Shown here: piece by piece, positions 63,969-64,000 of the stretch
How positions within the stretch are numbered: position 1 is the stretch's first letter
How the letters are laid out: the number at the start of each line of letters is the position of its first letter
Assembly (NCBI GenBank): GCA_963798915.1
Contig: CAWCVB010000002.1
Span: 128,001-192,000, forward strand
Length of the DNA: 64,000 nucleotides
Origin: an uncultured Gemmatimonadales bacterium
GTDB taxonomy: Bacteria; Gemmatimonadota; Gemmatimonadetes; Gemmatimonadales; GWC2-71-9
Direction: 5' to 3'
Notes under the pieces: model-generated
The model's database searches: none
What the model was told of the DNA's origin: nothing
The model's input: the letters and a program-made list of their open reading frames with translations, nothing else
Made by a program: the position numbers and the translations under genes

Positions 63969-64000
63969 GTCGTCGAGAATCCTCAGTGCCCCACGCTTCT

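Overview
High-GC bacterial chromosome segment. The gene repertoire (zinc-ribbon Ser/Thr kinase-TPR, BTAD-TPR regulator, DUF2911, M1/M16/S41 peptidases) is suggestive of Gemmatimonadota, but that is an inference. It has about 58 CDS and one tRNA-Phe. Recognisable modules: M16 peptidase pair, upp, ECF41/SigJ-DoxX, GH3 glucosidase, split NHEJ operon (ku, LigD polymerase, ligase), cupredoxin-copA-csoR, sahR-ahcY, nfo, GS III, a multicopper oxidase operon, TMEM175, and a RAYT transposase flanked by REPs. Intergenic DNA is full of 7/8/9-mer tandem repeats and GTAG/CGTC-type REP palindromes, which also enter coding sequences. The best candidate for an undescribed system is a translationally coupled cassette at 15082-17511: a small protein ending PCPPFC, a polytopic membrane protein, a sensor-less HisKA_3 kinase and a NarL regulator, preceded by a Ser-less ACP-like gene. 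Other highlights are 11-bp-phased SARP-type boxes next to a membrane-anchored BTAD regulator, a heptamer-caused frameshift, a promoter apparently built from a nonamer repeat, tRNA-linked 119-bp repeats and a nuclease-helicase (DUF2075) defence candidate. All calls come from reading motifs by eye; no database searches were run.
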